Source: Spirochaetota bacterium
GTDB taxonomy: Bacteria; Spirochaetota; UBA4802; UBA5550
DNA: 64,000 bases
Direction: 5' to 3'
Assembly (NCBI GenBank): GCA_963663865.1
Contig: OY760686.1
Span: forward strand, 2,016,001-2,080,000
Shown: one piece after another, positions 58,937 through 64,000 of the stretch
How the letters are laid out: every line of letters starts with the position of its first letter
How positions within the stretch are numbered: position 1 is the first letter of the stretch
Program-made: the position numbers and the translations under genes
Notes under the pieces: model-generated
What the model was told of the DNA's origin: nothing
Seen by the model: the letters and a program-made list of their open reading frames with translations, nothing else
Database searches by the model: none

Positions 58937-60291
58937 AAGAGTTCCTCTTTCACACCGATCAGTTTTGATATCGTAGCAAGGGTCATAAGGTACTTGTATT
59001 TCACTGAATAGCTGGTGAGCTTTGACCTGATAACACCGGCTTCCGCGTCATTTAGATCCAGCAGAGAACCTTCCCCGTTTTCGTAGCTTTTGCGGGCGAG
59101 AAATACATGCTTACTTGAATTTTCGATTACCATATTCGACATGTCATACTGTTTCCTCAACTCCTCAAGGTCCTTAATAAGAACCTGTACCTGGGTTTTG
59201 ATCTTGTTGTGAATCTCCCTTTCGCGGTACAGCGATTTATTGTATTCCGCGATGGCGGCTTCAACCTTTGCCGAAATAGCCCCGCCGTAGTAAAGAGGCA
59301 GACCGGCGACAAGATTTCCAAAAAAAGTCGGCTCCCAGTTATTTGTATTAAGGTTATCAGAGACATTGCCTGAATTATTTATGCCCGCAACCTTTCTATT
59401 TTCAAGTCCAAGCCCCAGCTCGATTGAAACAGACGGCTTGTGGAGTGATCTGGCAGCCTCTACCTGTATTCTCTTGACCCTTGTGTCAAGAGAACTCGTC
59501 TGAATATCCGGATTGTATAACAGGGCAAGTTTTGTAAGTTCGTCTTCATTATACTTAACAAATGGCAGCCCATCCGGGTCTACAGGCTCTATTCCAGGAG
59601 CGTCCTTTTCTACAAGCCCCATAGCCATGTACAACCCTGCTCTTTTAAGGCGCGCATTGTTTCTTGCCTTTTCATACTCCAGCATGGCTTCGGCCACGTT
59701 CATCTCAGCTTTACTCAGGTCAAGAACCGGTCTTAATCCATTTTCATATAGTTTCTTCGAAAGCGCTAATTTCTCACGTGATTTATCAAGCAATTCAGCC
59801 TTGAGGGCTACTTCATTCCCCGAATAGAGGTATTCGAAGTAAGCTTCCTTTAGATTATAAATAACCTCATCGGTGGTTTTCTGCATCTGCATTTTTCCTG
59901 CACTAACCTGAATCTCGGCGGCCTGCTCATCCCACTTCTTTTTCGGATCATACAGATTGTATTTCGCATAAAGTCCGGAAAAAAGAGCTATATCCGTATC
60001 AACACCAGGTATGGAAACGAGAGAAGTAGTCGAATCTTTGGCGATTTCACGAGTCTTGAGAACTCCGTCTATCTTCAGACTTCTCTCCCCTTTTTTTACC
60101 TGATAGTTAGCCCTGCTGTATCTCATGTCCTGTTCAGCAACAAGCTGATCGGGGTGATTCTCCAATGCAATTTTTATACATTCAGAGAGGGTTATCTCCC
60201 TTGTCTTTGAACCGGAAAACAATGCACTGGATGCCAGTATAATCGTAATAAAAAACAAGGTTATGACAATAGTATTATTTCTGTTAAGCAT
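58924..60291 (-). CDS. TolC-family outer membrane efflux protein
   Basis: Signal peptide, TL.ECI..AL..HP, two OEP-type repeats (YENG...LD). Confidence 0.88.
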   Translation of the reverse strand: MLNRNNTIVITLFFITIILASSALFSGSKTREITLSECIKIALENHPDQLVAEQDMRYSRANYQVKKGERSLKIDGVLKTREIAKDSTTSLVSIPGVDTDIALFSGLYAKYNLYDPKKKWDEQAAEIQVSAGKMQMQKTTDEVIYNLKEAYFEYLYSGNEVALKAELLDKSREKLALSKKLYENGLRPVLDLSKAEMNVAEAMLEYEKARNNARLKRAGLYMAMGLVEKDAPGIEPVDPDGLPFVKYNEDELTKLALLYNPDIQTSSLDTRVKRIQVEAARSLHKPSVSIELGLGLENRKVAGINNSGNVSDNLNTNNWEPTFFGNLVAGLPLYYGGAISAKVEAAIAEYNKSLYREREIHNKIKTQVQVLIKDLEELRKQYDMSNMVIENSSKHVFLARKSYENGEGSLLDLNDAEAGVIRSKLTSYSVKYKYLMTLATISKLIGVKEELLCQY

Positions 60292-60454
60292 TATCCCTGC
60301 TCGTCATATAGTTTTTGGATATTATTTTTTATGAATCATCTTCGATTTTTTCACTTTAAGTCAATAAATTATCTATTCCACAATTCATCAATTACTTTTT
60401 AAACCTTGCATTTTTTGAATTTTCCGTCAAATATAATAACAAACTGAAAAGATA

Positions 60455-60483
60455 TTGACATATGCCTTTAATTAAAAAAATAT
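60455..60483 (+). promoter_or_regulatory. Candidate sigma70 promoter of the mgtE leader
   Basis: TTGACA-N17-AAATAT. Confidence 0.45.
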
Positions 60484-60511
60484 AACTCATCAACTGCAAT
60501 GGAGAGAAGCA

Positions 60512-60556
60512 ATGCCTGATCCCTTATGTCGCTTTTTTGACAAGGATTTCTGTTGA
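60512..60556 (+). CDS. Putative 14-aa leader peptide MPDPLCRFFDKDFC (MgtL-like)
   Basis: GGAG SD at 60501-60504, ATG 60512, TGA 60554-60556; PDP start as in enterobacterial MgtL (MEPDP...); lies in the mgtE 5' leader. Confidence 0.5.
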   Translation: MPDPLCRFFDKDFC

Positions 60557-60697
60557 GGACCTGCCGCTGAATATAATTCTCCGTCTGGGTTCACCACAGA
60601 ACCGGGCCGGAGGTCATCAAGCCTCCTTTCGGCTGACATGGACTACTACAATTCGAGTCATTGCCGTGTAAACAGAATTAGTACGGAGGCTGATGTG
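60553..60697 (+). promoter_or_regulatory. Structured mgtE leader with competing helices and anti-SD
   Basis: 60553-60566 complementary to 60608-60620; 60606-60613 to 60622-60633; 60615-60626 to SD/start region 60685-60695. Confidence 0.5.
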
Positions 60698-62074
60698 TAC
60701 GGAAAACTCCTGCAACCGGAAATCGTCGAGCTCATCGACATGAAAGATTTTAAAACACTCAAGGAAATCTTTACCGAATGGCATCCAGCCGATCTTGCCG
60801 AGTTGATATCGGATCTTCCAGACAGCGAACAGCTAATAGTATTCCGGTTTCTGCCAAAGAATCTGACGAATACTGTATTTGAGCATCTGCCTGTTGAAAC
60901 ACAAAAAAATATAATTATGTCGATGGGCAAAAAGGACATAACCGGCATCCTTATGGAGCTTTCTCCTGACGACAGAACATGGTTATTTGAAGAACTGCCC
61001 TCTTCAATTGTAAAAAACATGCTCGCACTGCTTACGAAGGAAGAAAGAGAGACAGCAAAAATGCTGCTCGGATATCCCGAAGACAGTGTCGGGCGACTCA
61101 TGACCCCGGAATACATATCCGTTATTGAAAAAATGACCGTGGCTCAGGTTCTGAAAAAAATCCGCCTTGAAGGTCACGAAAGCGAAACAATCGAAATGCT
61201 CTATGTCGTCGACGAAAAAGGCAGGCTTCTTGATGAAATCAGCATCAGACAGCTTCTCCTTGCCTCTCCCAGCACAAGAATCAAGAGCATGATGGATCGC
61301 CGTTACGGCTTTCTCAGGGCCACTGACGATCAGGAAATCGCCATTGAGATATTTAAAAAATACGATACATATTCACTGCCGGTTATCGACACTGAAGGTT
61401 TTTTAATCGGCATTGTTACTATTGACGACATTCTGAGCGTTGCTGAAGAAGAAACAACTGAGGACATTCACAAACTTGGAGGTATGAACGCGCTTGATGA
61501 ATCATACCTCAAGTCATCTGTGTTCACATTGATAAAAAAAAGAGCCGTATGGCTTATCTTCCTATTTATAGGCGGAACCTTTACAGCCTCAGCGATGGGA
61601 TTTTTCGAAGACGCAATTTCAGCAGCGGTTGTACTGACCATGTTCGTTCCGCTGATAATTGCCAGCGGAGGGAATTCGGGTTCACAGGCAACCTCTCTCA
61701 TTATACGAAGCCTTGCCATTGGGGAGCTCACAATCAGCGATTGGTGGGAAATAATGAAAAGAGAGATTATCTCTGGTCTTGCACTGGGAATACTGCTTGG
61801 CTCAATTGGTTTCGCAAAAATCGCTATTTCTGAAATCTTCACCGGCTTTTACGGCCCTCACTGGTTTTTTATTGGAATAACGATATTTATTTCGCTGATA
61901 GGCATTGTTATGTGGGGCACTCTGGCGGGTTCAATGCTCCCTCTTCTGTTAAAAAGACTTAAACTGGATCCAGCCACCTCTTCGGCACCCTTTGTTGCAA
62001 CCCTTGTAGACGTCACAGGTATAGTAATTTATTTTACAACCGCCCAGCTGCTTCTCAAGGGCAAAATTCTTTGA
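60695..62074 (+). CDS. mgtE: Magnesium transporter MgtE
   Basis: HPAD.AE, YPEDS.GRLMT, CBS pair, GIVT.DD, GGN.GSQ, DPA..SAPFVATLVD; likely GTG start 60695 behind GGAGG. Confidence 0.95.
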   Translation: MYGKLLQPEIVELIDMKDFKTLKEIFTEWHPADLAELISDLPDSEQLIVFRFLPKNLTNTVFEHLPVETQKNIIMSMGKKDITGILMELSPDDRTWLFEELPSSIVKNMLALLTKEERETAKMLLGYPEDSVGRLMTPEYISVIEKMTVAQVLKKIRLEGHESETIEMLYVVDEKGRLLDEISIRQLLLASPSTRIKSMMDRRYGFLRATDDQEIAIEIFKKYDTYSLPVIDTEGFLIGIVTIDDILSVAEEETTEDIHKLGGMNALDESYLKSSVFTLIKKRAVWLIFLFIGGTFTASAMGFFEDAISAAVVLTMFVPLIIASGGNSGSQATSLIIRSLAIGELTISDWWEIMKREIISGLALGILLGSIGFAKIAISEIFTGFYGPHWFFIGITIFISLIGIVMWGTLAGSMLPLLLKRLKLDPATSSAPFVATLVDVTGIVIYFTTAQLLLKGKIL

Positions 62075-62170
62075 TTAGCAATAAAGACCTATTGTTTAAT
62101 CGCAATGGATAATTATTGACTTATAAGACCATTATCATTTACTGATCAAAAAAATTCGGCAGGTACAGAT

Positions 62171-63283
62171 ATGAAAAAAGTTGGATTCGCCGGCTGGCGA
62201 GGCATGGTCGGCTCCGTCCTGATGGATCGGATGAAAAGTGAAAATAATTTCAAGAATATTGACCCCTATTTTTTCAGCACATCACAGGCCGGCATAGACG
62301 GTCCTGATGTTGGAAACGGCTCAAGACCCTTAATCGACGCCTACAATACAGACAGATTATTATCCATGGATATAATAGTGAGCTGTCAGGGGGGCGATTA
62401 TACAAACAGGATTCATCCCGAACTCAGAAATGCGGGCTGGAACGGCTACTGGATTGATGCTGCCTCCGCTCTCAGAATGTCAGAAAAGAGCGTCATCGTG
62501 CTTGATCCTATTAATAGAAACATCATTGACAGGGCCCTCGCAGACGGCATTAAAGACTTCATCGGCGGCAATTGCACAGTATCGCTCATGCTCATGGCAA
62601 TCGGCGGGCTTTTCAAAAAAGGACTGGTCGAGTGGGTTTCTTCTATGACTTATCAGGCCGCATCAGGAGCCGGAGCGAACAACATGAAAGAACTTGTGTC
62701 CCAGATGAAAGCTGTGGGAGACGCCGGCGCTTTATTAGCGGATGACCCGTCATCATCAATTCTTGAACTTGATCGAAAAATCACTGAACTTCTGCGAAGC
62801 GGTACAATGCCTGACGAGTATTTCGGCGCTCCGCTTGCTGCAAGCCTTATCCCCTGGATTGATAAGCCAATGGAAAGCGGTCAGACTAAAGAGGAATGGA
62901 AAGGCATAGCTGAGACAAATAAAATACTCGGCTTTGAAGATAACAGAATACCGATTGACGGCCAATGTGTAAGGATAGGAGCCATGAGGTGCCACAGCCA
63001 GGGATTGACTGTTAAGCTCACGAAAAATATTCCGCTTTCTGAAATCGAGGAAATAATATCGACTTCAAATAGCTGGGTTAAAGTTATTCCCAACACAAAG
63101 GAAGAGACACTGAAAAACCTGTCACCAGCGTCTGTTAGCGGTACTCTGACCGTTCCGGTAGGAAGAATGAGAAAGATGAACTTCGGCCCGGAGTATTTTA
63201 CATGTTTCACGGTGGGCGACCAGCTTCTGTGGGGCGCCGCTGAGCCTGTCAGGAGAATGCTTCAGATAGTACTTGAATCCTAA
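62171..63283 (+). CDS. asd: Aspartate-semialdehyde dehydrogenase (proteobacterial-type)
   Basis: [51 protein letters not shown]. Confidence 0.97.
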   Translation: MKKVGFAGWRGMVGSVLMDRMKSENNFKNIDPYFFSTSQAGIDGPDVGNGSRPLIDAYNTDRLLSMDIIVSCQGGDYTNRIHPELRNAGWNGYWIDAASALRMSEKSVIVLDPINRNIIDRALADGIKDFIGGNCTVSLMLMAIGGLFKKGLVEWVSSMTYQAASGAGANNMKELVSQMKAVGDAGALLADDPSSSILELDRKITELLRSGTMPDEYFGAPLAASLIPWIDKPMESGQTKEEWKGIAETNKILGFEDNRIPIDGQCVRIGAMRCHSQGLTVKLTKNIPLSEIEEIISTSNSWVKVIPNTKEETLKNLSPASVSGTLTVPVGRMRKMNFGPEYFTCFTVGDQLLWGAAEPVRRMLQIVLES

Positions 63284-63290
63284 AATACAA

Positions 63291-63332
63291 TACAGATAGA
63301 TCACGTCCCTGATCGGGCGGGATCTATCTGTA
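63291..63332. terminator. Inverted repeat between convergent asd and downstream ORF
   Basis: TACAGATAGATC / GATCTATCTGTA perfect 12-bp arms plus an inner GC stem; overlaps the stop of the minus-strand ORF. Confidence 0.6.
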
Positions 63333-64000
63333 AAGCTTTTTGTTATATCCAAATTCGCAAATTCCAATACCGCCCGCCGTATTGCTTTCAAAATCGCAAA
63401 TACCTTCATAAATTCGGTATCCGTTTCCCATATTGTAAACAAAAACTTCGTTAACAGAACATTTCAAAAAGTCCTTTTTCATTCCCGCAGCGCGGAAAGG
63501 GATTAAAAACGTTTTATTTACGGGATTTGCCACCGGAAATCCGGTAAAATCCCCAGAGGATTTGATGGGTCTCACTCTCCCTTTTTTAAAATAATATCCG
63601 GAATGTGTAAAGGAAAGAAAAGAATAGCTTGCGATATTAATATTTACAAAAGCCCCGTCATCCATCAAGGCATGCAGCCTGGTATGCCTGTTCACATCCC
63701 CCCAGACCTGATAACCGTAATTGTGATACCTTATTGAATAAAGGGACAACTCAAAGTGATAATCTTTCGTCTTTACGAAACCGTCTATTGAGCCCGCCTG
63801 TTCATACTTGAGGATATCCCTTTTTGACATTACATGCAGCCATTCAGGGGTCCAATTCTCTTTAGACATGTATCTTGCAGCACACCAGAAATCACTGCTC
63901 GCGTTGCAGTCAATTATACCGGAAGCGGGAGTGAAGGTGAGCTCCATTGTCAAAGACTGTTTCCTTCCGCCGACTGATGCCCTGCCCTTATATCTTACAA
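63324..64000 (-). CDS. Hypothetical beta-rich protein, N-terminus beyond window
   Basis: The frame stays open from 63953 to the window edge (VRYKGRASVGGRKQS...). Confidence 0.6.
   Translation of the reverse strand, partial: VRYKGRASVGGRKQSLTMELTFTPASGIIDCNASSDFWCAARYMSKENWTPEWLHVMSKRDILKYEQAGSIDGFVKTKDYHFELSLYSIRYHNYGYQVWGDVNRHTRLHALMDDGAFVNINIASYSFLSFTHSGYYFKKGRVRPIKSSGDFTGFPVANPVNKTFLIPFRAAGMKKDFLKCSVNEVFVYNMGNGYRIYEGICDFESNTAGGIGICEFGYNKKLYR

Noticed and set aside
60490-60694. M-box (ykoK) riboswitch upstream of mgtE
   Set aside because: I could not find its conserved motifs by eye; an Infernal scan is needed to exclude it formally
874-63442. Numerous 60-210 aa ORFs antisense or out of frame within confident genes (e.g. 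12102-12740, 28807-29418, 33408-33953)
   Set aside because: Shadow ORFs of well-supported genes, with no recognisable motifs
1-64000. CRISPR array, IS element, prophage, rRNA or defence island
   Set aside because: I saw no regularly spaced repeats, transposase, phage structural or rRNA-like sequence; intergenic gaps are all under about 400 bp

Overview
A 64-kb stretch of bacterial chromosome, mostly housekeeping. Several traits point to an anaerobic spirochaete related to the Leptospirae (inference): an ArgS 'NVVS' signature, a GspC-N operon with a PilM-like GspL, a long GpsA fusion, and a ferredoxin oxidoreductase next to a NuoB/group-4 hydrogenase-type subunit. Content in order: tail of that small subunit; porCDAB plus an SH3/M23 peptidase; orphan parA; argS-cinA-TPR-aroQ; CHASE2 adenylate cyclase; AsmA-like protein; DedA; a type II secretion operon (gspC-N) running into an IspH-UbiA fusion, aroE and folC; dnaG-rpoD-gpsA(fusion); a glycoside-hydrolase-like protein; lipoproteins; pepA-trpBA; tRNA-Ala(CGC); ferritin-like and Fe-S genes; hisI; an acyltransferase; a tail-less ssb; an ankyrin protein; xerD-spoIID-queA; a TolC/MacA/ABC-ATPase cluster without a permease; mgtE; asd. 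I saw no transposase, prophage or CRISPR array. Best leads: (1) an unannotated MgtL-like leader peptide with competing RNA helices upstream of mgtE; (2) two enzyme fusions, IspH-UbiA and GpsA with a degenerate acyltransferase; (3) an FNR/CRP-type box at class II spacing; (4) two sigma28-like promoters with identical geometry. All assignments come from reading motifs by eye; no database searches or folding programs were run.
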